A DNA stretch of 63,274 nucleotides, the filler included, from Cercozoa sp. M6MM (taxonomy: Eukaryota; Protista; Endomyxa: Ascetosporea): assembly GCA_040357565.1 (NCBI GenBank). It is 11 parts of 11 records of this genome, joined end to end, with 100 filler letters (N's around TTAATTAATTAA, not from the genome) between each part and the next. Parts side by side here need not be neighbours in the genome. Positions count along the whole stretch, not along the records: positions 23,674 to 34,296 come from JBDODJ010000431.1; positions 34,397 to 41,230 come from JBDODJ010000686.1; 9 more parts are not named here. One strand, written 5' to 3'. Below the pieces are notes generated by a model. It had not been told where the DNA came from and did not search any database. It saw nothing but the letters and a program-made list of their open reading frames with translations. Of this stretch, positions 23,803-35,802 are shown in pieces. The translations under genes were made by a program, and so were the position numbers. Each line of letters starts with the position of its first letter. The stretch's first letter is position 1.

Positions 23803-26270
23803 GTACTTGGAGGCACGGCCAGGTCAGCGGCAGGTCGGTCAGCCGGCACGCATTCCTCAAAGAACTCGATGCGTGTCTTTGCGTCCGACTTAGCGAACTT
23901 GTTCTGAGATACACCAGGGTGAGAGGGGACAAGGGAGGGAGGAAGGGGTGTATACCATGAGGTTGTCCAACTTGCGCGACGAGTGTGCGGCATCGCCGGT
24001 CTGCGGTACCGTGGGAGAGGCGCGCAGTCGCGTGAGGAAGTGCAGCGCGCGCGTGCCGCGATCAAGCTCGGCCAGTGAGGCCACCGTGAGCGGTCGCTCC
24101 TCGTCGTCGTCGGGTGCGGCCGCGGTGCCGCTGCACGTGTTGCCGCCGCTGCTGCTGCCGGGTGCGGCGGCATGCGACACGGCCGAAGACTCCACCGAGA
24201 GTGCGTCCTGCTGTGCCACCTCCTCATCCTCCTCGTCGCGCACCGAGACACGCGGCTGCTTGAGCGGTGCATCGTCGTTGATGCCGGTCTGAATGAGAGA
24301 AACCCAGAGCTGCCGCCGCTTTTCGTCTGGCGCCTTGAGTGAGCACAACAACGACACGTCCGAGTCCTGCAGACACCGCACACATTGATACCTCGTCGTG
24401 TCATCATAATCTGACATGCAGACATCATTACATCGCCAGAGACTGAGGCACGTCGTTTGATACTTAGTGCGAATGCTTTCCTACAACAAACATGTGTCTA
24501 CATGGGTGACCCCTCTCTATCTCCCTCTTGGTTGGCACGTGCCTGCAACAGTGCTACCTGCCACGTGCCTCTACACGCACGGTGCCAACACCGCCACGCA
24601 ACGGCAGCACACTACGCGCACGCTCGCCTGCACACCCAAGAGATGATGCATGCGGACACAGAAATACATCGCTGGAGGAGGGGAGGGGAAGGGAGGGGAG
24701 GGTAAATGTCTACCGTTCTCAAAAGCAGATCGATGCGAGTAGATTGACAAGACGCCACGTCGCAGCACCGCCCATCGCGGCGACCATTTCAACTTTCCTG
24801 AGGGTCAGCATACAGGTACATCGATGGACACACAAGATGTATACGAGAAAGGGGAGGGATACCTTGCTTCTCAAGTCGTCCAGATAGGAGAACGGCGTCG
24901 TGAGGGTCACTGACACCGGCGCTGAGTTGCGCGGCCTGCTTGACACAGTCGACAATCTGCGCGGCCTCGGCCGAGGAGTCGCAGAGCATGGCGTAGATGC
25001 ACGGCGTGTCGCGAAAGGTTACGTGCACCGCTCGATCGCTCCGTTGCACCAGTGATGCGTCCAGCAGCGTCGACACTCGTCGCTCTGGGTGCCACACATA
25101 CATAGACAGGCTTTTACCCCTCCCCTTAATGTCTTCCTCGAGGGGTACCAAGTCGCAGGTCGTCGCTGCTGTCGCTGCGTTTGGCGACGGCGATGACACC
25201 GCGCGGCATGTCGAACGACACCAAGAAGCCGCTGCTGTGCTTGCGCACGTAGGCCTGCATCTGCTCCAGCGTGAGGTCGACGCCGAAGCAGCCGACGCGC
25301 AGCGTGAGCACCGTGTCTCCCGTAAGCGCCGCGCCTGCCAGCGGGGCCATCACTGGCGATCGCTGTATTAAACACACATCATGCTTAACCTGACAATGTA
25401 CAGATGGACGGGACATTTAAAACCAAAGGGAAAGACAGGGTACAGACGGTGTCGGTGGTCGGTGCGCTGCTTTCGGCATCGACTGCGGCGGTGGCGGACG
25501 TGTCTGCAGAGAGGAACGCTGCTGCTTCGGCGTACTTGACATTTTTTGCTGCTGTTGCTGTTGCTGTTGTTGCTGCTGCTGTTGATGATGTTGCTGCTGT
25601 TCATGCAGACAAATGATACAACGAGCAAACACAAGGTAAGCAAAGCGCGGATACCGCTCGATGAGACTGCAGAATGCCACGACAGTCAATGTCGGCCACA
25701 GGGATGTCGGCATCCTCGTGCGACGTCAGCGCTGGCTCATTGTCGAACTGAAACGAGTACTCTAGCTCACGACACAGCATGTGACACCGGTAGGGCGACA
25801 GACCATACTTGCGACACAAAGCCGCCAGCTCAGTCGCCAGCTGTGTGACAACATCGGAAGCGTACAACATGCGCGTAGGGTGAATAAGCTGCCTTTTTGG
25901 TACCTGCTCGAGACGGTCTTCACTCTCAAGCAGCGGTGGCAGCGCAGCTTCGCTCATTTTGAGCGTTGACTGTGGCAAGCGTGGCACACACTGGGCTCAA
26001 CCTCAACAGGGGAGCCTTGCCTCGGCTTGCGCCGTCTGTCGCGGCACGTCCTCCAGATGCTCAACCAAAGAAGCGCACACGCACACAGTGTTGTACGTGA
26101 ACACACTCTACGTACACACACCCTGGCACACGGGCACTCGGTCGCTCGAAGTGATGATCCAGGCGCTGGCCACTGTGTCTTGGGAAACCAGCAGCCAGGG
26201 AAGCACGACGTATCGAACAGGCAGGTACACAGGCAAATCGAACTCGATCACCGGTGCCCAGTGACACCCA
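23803..26270 (-). CDS. PH-domain-containing protein; start uncertain, 3'-partial
   Basis: LLSGRLEKQ|GKLKWSPRWAVLRRGVLSIY (PH beta1-3) ... VSLLCSLKAPDEKRRQLWVSLIQ (PH C-terminal helix); an upstream PH-like segment; poly-Q exon. Confidence 0.65.
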
Positions 26271-26441
26271 CAGCTTGGTCTGTGGCGGGTGGTGAGAAGA
26301 TCTGACAAAAAAAGTTATTATCAGTTTTTGTTAAAGCGCCGTTCCTATCCCGACTTGCTGTACTGTATCCCCAAGTCGAATTAGGACACAAGACAGTGGG
26401 TGCTTAGACGAGCACGATTGTTTTAGTAAGCCTAGCTGCGG

Positions 26442-27006
26442 ATGGCAACGCTTGCGGACGCGTTCTTGAACGACTTTGGCGAGTCGGATGAGGAGGAGGA
26501 GCTCCAGCAGGAGGCGCTCTCCGAGGAGAGCGAGGTTCCCGACCTAGCCACTGACAAGCAGGGCCTGCTGGCGAATAAAGATTTGCAAAAGATGCTGCTC
26601 CGGGCGGAGGTACCTAGTAACCATTCTTTCAAAGATTACATTGGGGGATGGCTTTTCGCGCGCAGCAAAAGGACGAATCGCGATACGACACAGTGCAGCT
26701 TGTAGAGGTAGAAAAGCTTGGACTTTATTTGATCTCAGTTGTCTGTGCAGAGGTATGCTGTGTGTGCAGGAGTGTAACAAATGGACACGGCGGCTTGATG
26801 AAGCAGTCGCACGGAGTCTGTAGCTTTTCTTTCTGCCTGTGTAAAATCACAACGGTGCGTTTTGTTGTTTTGCTGCAGGACGCAACTACAGGAGCACTAT
26901 GCCACGCGTTTCTCGGCATTGGCGGCAGTGGTTCCAGATGATGCACGAACTTACTGCGCTGCCCTGCGTGTCGTCTATGGTCATGTAGACTGACTTCTGC
27001 TGTTAC

Positions 27007-27057
<51 letters not shown>

Positions 27058-29071
27058 CGTGCGTGTGTGTGTATGTGTGCGTGTGTGTGTGGGAGGCAAT
27101 GTGTTTAATGTGCAGGAGTTGGACTTGCTGCCGCTGCAAAAGGAGTTGTCGCAGGTGCTGACGAATCAGCAGGTGCTAGCACTGACGATTGCCGCGACTT
27201 CTTTGTCCAAGAAGCTTGGCGGTCAAGCTCCGGGTACTTTATGTCTGGGCTCCCTCAAGACGGGGGAGAGCGTCATATTGTTTGTGTGTTTGCGTGTGCA
27301 GAGGTCGATGCCGAGTACAAGAACAAGGCCTTCACTTTGATCCAAGCAATCGAACAGGCCTGCGAGGCACGCGACAAGATCAGCGCACTCGTGTCTGACC
27401 GGTACCACAGATACATATCCCAGCCGTTGCGTTGCCGGACAGAGTATTAACACATGTATGTGTTTGTAGTATGCTGCACGTTGTGCCAAACTGCGTCGCT
27501 TTGGTTGGCGAAGAGGTCGCTGCACAGGTATCTACATGACTCCTTTGCCCTGTGTTACTTCTCTGTATGCAACATGCACATACAGTTGGTCGCACTGGCT
27601 GGTGGCGTGCGTGCGCTGGCCAAGATGCCAGCCTGCAACCTGCGCGTGCTCGGACAGAAGACGCAGGCAGCGGCGCTGATGCGTGCCACTGGTGGCGCCT
27701 TCCACAAGCTGCAGGGCGGCCACCACGAGGGCGTCATCTGCAATGCGCCTATCCTGAACGGCATTCCACCCAAGGACCGCGCCAAGGCACTGCGTGTACT
27801 CGGCAACAAGGTCACCCTGGCTGTCCGCGCGGACGCCTCGAACCTCTCCTCTGCCGTCGTTGTCGGTGCCAAGCGGTACCGCTCCTTCTATCTTTGTTTG
27901 ACTATTTGTGTATCTATGATGTGACAGAGACGAGAAGGTGTTGGACGACAGCTACGGACAGAAACTGCGCGCCGGTGTTGAAAAGAAACTCGCCAAGTGG
28001 CGCGAGCCGCCAAAGCACATGGCCGTGCGTGCCATGCCCATGCGATACAAGGCGGTACACACACACACGCGCGCGCTGCGCGTGCACACATTGTGTTACC
28101 TTTGTTGGTGGTTTAGCCGCTCACGAAGCGCGGCGGTGAACGCTTCCGCAAGCGCAAGGAGAAGATGAAGACAACGGCGCTTATGCAGCAGCGCAATCGC
28201 GTCGCTTTCGGTATCGAGGAGGAGCAGGTAGTTTTTACTTTTTGTCCTACCCCGCCCCCCTCTCTCTCTCTCTCTCTCTCTCTCCATTTTGCCTTTCGTT
28301 TAGGTCATTGTGGCCGGTGGCGACGAAATGGTCGGCCAAGGCATGCTTGGCCAGAGGTATAGTCACACCACAGAGACGTGTGCTGCTGCCTTAATTAATG
28401 TGCGCTAACTGCGATATTGCAGCAACGTGAGCACTGCCGAGGGTATGCGCATCGCGGCCGAGGACACGCAGAAACTGCGCAAGATGGGTCGCGTGCGCAA
28501 GCGACTCGAGAAGAAGGGTCGTCGTCTCGGCAAACTCAAGAACACCAAGGACGGCAACAACAACAACGTTGTCGGCACTGGCGGTGGCGGTGAGGGTACC
28601 GTCACATCGCTCGGCCTGCGAACCGGTCTGCGCACTGTGCTGGGCACGGGCACGACCACCACGATTAGTTTCGCGCCTGGTCAGGAGGTACATCTTACTA
28701 TCCTATATATGTACGTATATCTGAGTGACACATGCAGGCGATCGAGCTGCTCAATCCTGCCAACGTTCCCGAGTTCCGGCAGGTGCGTACCACTGTCCAG
28801 ATGTACCGTACTTAGATGTACATATGTATACTTTGGACAGGCTCGCCAGCGACAGCTTGAGCTATCATCGGCAGGTGTCGAAAGCAACATTCAGGACCTC
28901 GATCAGTACGGCGGCGTCGAGTCTGTCGCCGCTCCGGCTGCGCCCGGCCCCGGCAAGACGACGCTCTCTTCGGCGGCAGGACCCAAGCATGACTACTTTG
29001 GCGACAGCGCTGCTTTCTTGCGCGTCAAGCGTCGCAAGGTGCTGCCCAAGGTGCCCAAGTTCGAGGATTAA
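26442..29071 (+). CDS. PRPF31: U4/U6 snRNP protein PRP31
   Basis: MATLADAFLNDF, HYATRFSAL, LAGGVRALAKMPACNLRVLGQK, KVTLAVRAD, KWREPP, KRGGERFRKRKEK, NRVAFG, FAPGQE.IELLNP. Confidence 0.96.
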
Positions 29072-29551
29072 CTGAATGAACGGAGCGGAGCCGAGCTTCA
29101 AGTTACGTTATGTGATGGTCCCTCGCTTCGAATTCCTGCCGCTCGGCTTTCCCCGAGAACAAAGGTTTCGTAATTACGTATTTACGGTGTAATTACGGTG
29201 CTCAGTAATATTACAGTAATTACGGAGTAAAATTACAGTAAACGGGCAGCATTTCTGAGAAATTTAATTTTTACTGTGCCGTGCTTTTACGTTGGGTTTA
29301 CTGTAAATTTAGTTTTACAATCAAAAATAGAACGAAGCGAAGCAACCGCACTTTCAGTGAAGTCAGTCGACACGAGCAGCAGTGGCGCGTGTACGACGAT
29401 GTTAACCTTGGTCCAAAATAACCTGGCGCAATTACGCCTGATCGACGGGGGAAGAAGAAAAGCCCGGGCACCCTTTCTTTGGTGACTCGCCCGGCCTGCC
29501 GGCCTGGGGCACAGTTCAGTTCGTTGTGCTCGCCTAGTATGTATCCGCAGC

Positions 29552-29830
29552 TCAATCTAAAAGCAGCCCTCCTTCAGCCGGAATAGAGGATGTTGCACGC
29601 TCGGGAATTTGTTGCGCGACACGCAACGACAGAGGCGTGTCTCCGAGGGACTCGTTCTGTTGTACCGTCAAGCCAATTAAATTTAGTTGTACGTCGTTGT
29701 AGCCGCGCGTGTCTTGATCACACTTCCATTGATCGCTGAACTGAAAGCTCTGTGCTAAGCTGAGCGAAGAAAGTTTGCTCTTGAGCCGCTGTACTTTACG
29801 GTATCTAGCGCGAGGCGTGGAGTCGGACAT
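29552..29830 (-). CDS. Small hypothetical protein, head-to-head with the USP-like gene
   Basis: ORF MSDSTPRARYRKVQRLKSK...; no family recognised; may have further exons. Confidence 0.3.
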   Translation of the reverse strand: MSDSTPRARYRKVQRLKSKLSSLSLAQSFQFSDQWKCDQDTRGYNDVQLNLIGLTVQQNESLGDTPLSLRVAQQIPERATSSIPAEGGLLLD

Positions 29831-29874
29831 TTCCAACTGGTGTCAGCACGATCAGATAGCACCTGGGCACGGAG

Positions 29875-32040
29875 ATGTCTCAAAAAGGCGCTATCCCCGT
29901 GCCAGCAGTCGTCGAGCTACGACACCGCCGAGGTGTCTTGTGTCCACACATTAGTGCTACGCGGGGAGTATGCATGTTGCCTTTGAGTAAATATGCGACA
30001 TACACAGATCGGAGAGTGATCTACGCGCTTGTCATCGCAGCTGGCTTGCTTTCGGGTACTGAGAGAACTCAACGTTTAAGTTTACATAAATCAGTAACGC
30101 TTATCGATACCTTCCTTGTTTGTGAACAGCGACGATCGTGACAGCACTGGTCTTGCTGCTTCAACCGCATTCGAATGAGCCAGTGCCGCATGTCAACAAC
30201 ACTAACAACAACGACAACAGTATCAACAAACCAGTACAGAATGGTGACAGTCCCGGTGGCATTGAGCACGGTAGCTGCAACGCCGATCCAGCAGTCGGGC
30301 TACCTCCCGGGCTTCCTGAAGGCGAAGTTGATACCAGCGACACCGACTCTGATCCACAAGTCGACCCACCTGCATTGATACCACCTCCTCGCCCTCGTGT
30401 AAAACTCATCCATATTAATGGTCCGAGCTGATTTGATAGGTGACATTCCCAGGGTATCGTGAATGGCGGTGACGAGGGGCAGCACAACACGTGCTGGTTT
30501 GGGACGCTCGTGCAACTTACAGCAGCTGTGCCTGAGTACGTTATGTCTCCTCTCTCCTTGGAACTCTTCAAAACTCCTGCTGGGTCCAGGTGGCGACGCT
30601 CACTCACGAATTTCGCCTTGGGCACCACGCGCCAAACAAAGCCACTCAACGAGTTCGACGTTCTTCTGGCGTCTCTTGGTGACGTAAATTTACTCTCCTT
30701 TTCTTTCCGTCATCGTGCATGTGTGCACCCCTAGTAACTGAAAGTAACTTATACGTACTTAGTTGGTGATCAACGTGTCAGAGCAAAGCGCGGATCGTAG
30801 TGCCTTGCTACCGTGCACGGTGTTGCAGACACCGGCTATGCACGGGATCATCGAGCAGCACGGTGAGGTCAATGGAATGCACGGCACTGGCGACATGCTG
30901 TCTGTACTTTGCTTGCCAGCATATCGTTGGTTCCCTATAAATTTGATCCCCCCGGTGAGGCCAGGCACTGTTGACAAAAATGCAAGAGCACGAGATACCT
31001 CATGACTTGGTATACGCACTACTATCTATCCAATCGAGAGCTTTACACTTCCATGTTGGCAGACGCGAGCTTTCCTGGAGGGCACGCGTTTGCACTACCT
31101 GCAAGGGGACCAGCAGCATCAAATCGTACACCTTTTTCCTCGCCCCTCTCAATACGAAGGGGAGGGTAGGGTGACAGGGTGAATCTTACTCGTACAATTT
31201 CCTACCTGGACAGGCAGTGCCACTGAACTTTGACGTCGATGGCGAAGTGCACGCGTAACCACTATCTTCGCAGTAGTACAATATACCCTACTCTTCCCTG
31301 GTAGTTATGGCGAGCTACTGGACGCTCTGCGAGCGGCAACTCACGCCTCGTGTCTCGGCACGCTGATGCCGCCTCTGCCGCGCACACTGGTCCTTAACTC
31401 TACTAATGACTCCTCCACACCTTCATTTTTGCTAGCAGATACTGCAGCTGAACCGCAAAGCAGCAGCAGAGCCAGAAATCCCGTTCACTATCGAAAGCTC
31501 CATGTTGCTGCCACAATGGTCCGTCAGTCTCAACTTTCCGATAAGCAATACCATGCTGTTTGGCTCAACCTCTTCGTTGCGTGTCTGCAGGAATGACATC
31601 GACTGGCTCACGGAAGAGCAAGTCGCCTCTGTCGTGGAAGAGAGGTGTTCTTCTGTCCCCTGCTACTCACCCACATCACCCCGCCAAATGCCAAGTAACG
31701 AGTGCATTCATGCAGTACGCACCAGTACGTCTTGCGAGCGGCGGCCCTTTATGACGCAGCAGGACGCCACTGGACTGCGCTAGTTTCGCACGCGGAAGAT
31801 CCGCGCTTGCAAAACGACTCCTTCTTTATCGTCGATGACACTGTACTCCCACACCCATACTGACAGCTAGCTATTTAATGAGTCGTTGCATGCAGTTGGT
31901 GCTTCCCGCGACACTCCAGGAGGTACTGACACGGGCACAAACGAGTCACCTTATCGTGTACTCACGCGTACCTAACTCTCGCCGGGCATAGCCAAACAAA
32001 TAGCTCTCATGTCAACATGCGTATCGATAATATACTGTAG
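29875..32040 (+). CDS. Divergent USP (peptidase C19) deubiquitinase with N-terminal transmembrane helix; 3' end approximate
   Basis: Manual splicing keeps frame: TM VIYALVIAAGLLS|ATIVTALVLLL; Cys box PR|GIVNGGDEGQHNTCWFGTLVQL; LPRTL|ILQLNR; His box YVLRAAALYDAAGRHWTALV...FFIVDDT|LV. Confidence 0.75.
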
Positions 32041-32542
32041 CGAACTTCAGTACGCAATAAGCAGACACATAGAGTGTGCAAATCCTCCGTCAAGAAGGTG
32101 GGGAAATTTTTGTGTTGGGCCGTTGGTGACAGCTCCAAGGCACTGTGCCTCTGTGCCAGTTTGCGAGACTGTGCAACTGAATAGGGTATTCTGCGCCACC
32201 CTTCATTTTCAACCGCTGTCAACAGATACATAAAGCAAAACGGCATATTAGCACTCCCAGCACAGCATACAGGTTGTGAGCACAAGGCCACGCCGTGCGT
32301 TAGCCGCAGAGCTTAACTTTCTGGAACGCGGAGTGCCGCACAAAAATACAAAAATTCCAAAATACCTTGTTTTGTTGGTACGTTGCCCTAAGGACCCGCT
32401 CGCTGTGTGCCTGGTGCGCCCCAAAAGATTGTGCTGCGCGTGCTGCGCAGCCTAGTTTTTTGCGCCGTGATGGCATTTTTGCGCTGTGAATCCACGCCGC
32501 GGCTTACTGTTGGTTTTGTGTGCAGCCCCGAGTTAGAACAAG

Positions 32543-33284
32543 ATGTCGGCTCCCATCAAGCTGTTCGGCAAGTGGTGGGTTCAATCATGTTTCCTGTGGC
32601 GCCGCGTGCAGTTCCTGCTTGTGTTTTGCGTGCTCTAGCGTGAGATTTGTGTCATTTCGCGCGATTTGTTTTTTTGTTCTGGATGCAGGTCGTTTGAGGA
32701 TGTCATCGTGTCGGATGCGTCGCTCGCCGACCACATGACGCTGAAGGAGGTTTACCTGCCGTACACCGCCGGCCGCTACCAGACCAAGCGTTTCCGCAAG
32801 AACCAGATGCCGATTGCCGAGCGTCTCGTCAACTCGATGATGTTCAAGGGCCGCAACAACGGCAAGAAGCTGTACTATTCGCTTTCTCGTGCTACGCTGC
32901 CGCTGCTTTATGTGTGTGTGTCGCAGGAAGGCTGTGCGCATCGTGAAGCACGCGTTCGAGCTCATCCACCTGATGACGGGCCAGAACCCGCTGCAGGTCC
33001 TCGTCGACGCCATCCAGAACTCGGGTGCTCGCGAAGACTCCACGCGCATTGGCCGCGGTGGTGCCGCCCGCCGTCAGGCTGTCGATGTGGCCCCGCTGCG
33101 CCGCGTCAACACGGCCATCTCGCTCCTGACGCAGGGTGCCCGCGCCGCCGCCTTCCGCAACATCAAGACGATTGCTGAGTGCCTGTGCGACGAGCTCATC
33201 GCCGCCGCCGCCAACCAGAACCAGAAGTCGTTCGCCATCAAGAAGCGTGAGGAGACTGAGCGCACGGCCATGCAGAACCGTTAA
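32543..33284 (+). CDS. RPS5: 40S ribosomal protein uS7 (RPS5); 2 CDS introns and a probable 5'UTR intron (~32378-32525)
   Basis: IKLFGKW|[75 protein letters not shown]. Confidence 0.98.
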
Positions 33285-33391
33285 GTTGCTGACCCGCGAC
33301 TTGCGTTCCGCGACTTCGATTGCTGGCTTGCCAACAACTTGTTTGTCTCACAATTTACTGGGCTACATACACCATTCTGTTACAGCACGAT

Positions 33392-34296
33392 CTACTGTAT
33401 CCGCGCGGAAGCCGTTTTAAGACTTACAAAAAACCTCAAGAGGGGTGCGGAAGATTTTGTGAAGACAACGACTAAAGAAAAGTAGGAATGTAAGGTCGTT
33501 TAATTTAGTGTTCGTTCGACGTCTCAATAAACCGAAAGATATAAGAGAGAAGGTTACCCCAAGGTAGGGCCGTCGTTACAGTTGAAAGTGTTGAGAGGTT
33601 TGTTGTTGATAAACAAAAAGAAAACCCTCTTGCCTGGTATTGGAAAGAGGGCCTTTTTTAATTCTTGCAGCAGTTTCGAGCTGTTCGCCACTCAGCTCTC
33701 AACCTTAGCAAAACACTCCAATTCTTATTTGGCATGACTGATAGTTGCTTCCACGCGGAGCAAGTAGTCAGCCGAGTAGGTTGTTTGATGTTGACAGTAA
33801 CAGTTCGCTGGCAAGCCTTTGCAGCTGAACTCGAAGAAGGGCTCTCGACCAGAGGCGCTTCTTTCTCTTCACGCCAACTCAAGTACTTCTGAATCCTCAC
33901 TACTCAGTTCTGACGACGCCTTTCCTTCTACAGTTACCATCTGGCGGGTGCCTTTCCCGTCCACCACCAGTGCTTTTGCCGCCCAACTGAACCGTTGGGG
34001 TAACTTACTCTTTCAAACTGGCACTTGGCCATTCTCCCTCCAAGAACAAACTTTCTTACGTTCCTTAGTTTTTTTGTAAGTACCCTCAATTTACCAAGGC
34101 CTAGTCCCTATCTGAGAAGGCTGCGGCAACAATTCAAGTCGATTCATCTTCAGAAACTCAACGCAAAGTATGCGAAAACGACCGTCTTCAAAAACCTGGA
34201 TTCTTTGTCCCCGGGGCTGGCGAAGCACCGTTTACGCTCAAGATCGGATTAGTTCCGCTGGCAGACGAATTGAATTATTGATGAATGAAAAAAAAA
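33392..34296 (+). mobile_element. Dispersed repeat, copy 1; possibly a decayed non-LTR retrotransposon 3' region
   Basis: Shares TACTGTATCCGCGCGGAAGC and long blocks (CTTCACGCCAACTCAAGTACTTCTGAA, TACTCAGTTCTGACGACG, CACTTGGCCATTCT) with 52632-53080; intronless, AT-richer, ends in an A-run at the scaffold end. Confidence 0.5.
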
Positions 34297-34402
34297 NNNN
34301 NNNNNNNNNNNNNNNNNNNNNNNNNNNNNNNNNNNNNNNNTTAATTAATTAANNNNNNNNNNNNNNNNNNNNNNNNNNNNNNNNNNNNNNNNNNNNCCCC
34401 AG

Positions 34403-34488
34403 GTGACGAAATCTACCGCCGCAAGGAGCACAATCTGACAATCTCAGTGTTCGAGGTCGACGGTGCACGCGCACGTGTCTACTGCCAG
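34403..34488 (+). CDS. MYST acetyltransferase exon, inverted relative to the rest of its gene
   Basis: GDEIYRRKEHNLTISVFEVDGARARVYCQ, flanked by AG/GT; it directly follows HPP in MYST domains. Confidence 0.9.
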
Positions 34489-34591
34489 GTAGGGGGTTAG
34501 GTATGAGGGGCCGCGGGGTGAGAGGGGGTAAGAAGTCAAGAGAGGGTTAAAGAGGGGGGTAAAGAGGGGGGTAAAGAGGGGTAAAACACAC

Positions 34592-35445
34592 CTGGCGGGT
34601 GGTACAGCTCGCAGCGCTGCGCGTGTCGCTCGAGTTCCCACTGGTAGCTGCACACACATCGAGTGGTCAAACAGAGTGGTCACATGTACAGTGGTCACAT
34701 GGGTCACACACATATGGCTACCGAAAGAAGGACAGACAGAAGGGACAAAAGTGCAGCGCCTTGGCGCCGTGGTACACCTCGGGCAGAGGTGCCCAGTACC
34801 ACACCGGCATTCTCTGCCACAGGGGTACAGATCCTCAGTGACACATCAGCAGCACAGGCTAGAGCGCAGCGTACATGGCCATCCATGACAACATAGTCGA
34901 CCAGTCTGGCATGGTGTGCGTCCTGCTCTCGTCCGAAAAGACAACACAACTGGTCGAAACAAAACACGAGAAAAATACAAAAACTCAAAAACATGATGAT
35001 CGGCCGGCAGTTCGAATTCGGGTTTCACTGTGGATTTTCGTCCTCTAAACACAGCCACAAGTGCACACACGCACACCAGCACACTGCTGGACAGCTTGGC
35101 TCGCACTACAGTATGGTCAGTTCTGACTTTCTCAGCAGTGAGTTCAAACGCGCATCAGCACGCTCCCACTGCACCTCGATCAGCACCTGCACAACACAAA
35201 CTGCGGTGCCTGCTCACACACAAACTCTGCTTGTGGCGGACAGACCTCGCCACCTTGTCGCTGCCGACCAACGACAATGCAGCGCATGATCTCGCCATTG
35301 CGATGTGGACACGCAGCGTTGCAGACCTAGAAACATCAGGTGTTAGAGCTAACGATTAAGATATTCCTTCTTTCTGGACAGGCGGACCCACCGTGTCCTT
35401 AACAAGCTCGTTGCGCTTGTTTTTCTTTTGTCGGGATGATGACAT
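34592..35445 (-). CDS. MYST-family histone acetyltransferase (ESA1/Tip60/MOF-like), N-terminal exons
   Basis: Degenerate chromo-barrel (IEVQWERADARLNS), RLVDYVVMDGH|RMPVWYWAPLPEVY...LHFCPFCLSFF, LERHAQRCELYHPP (C2HC finger). Confidence 0.88.
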
Positions 35446-35802
35446 CGAAGCTTTTGGGGAATTTCTGGGCAACTTGGCGCCCCTCGTGGAGCGAGTGGAT
35501 CAGATCCGGCGTGTGCGCTCCTGTTTGACTGCACCCTCGTGGCACTCCCACCTCTCTAAACGCGCTAAGTCGTGCTGTCAGGCGGCCGTCCGGATAGACT
35601 GTAAAATAAAGAATATAGGCGAAGCGCCAGTGCGGCGAAGCGCGCGACACCCCTAGCCTGCGCAAGCGCGTGCACTCAGTGATTGGAGTGCAGCTGCACG
35701 ACACACAGGGTTTGTTTATCACTGTGCTTGTGTGCTTTTCGATCTCTGTGATTTGATCGCTCTGTGGATCGGCCATGTGCGTGTGTTTTGGCAGACCTCA
35801 CG

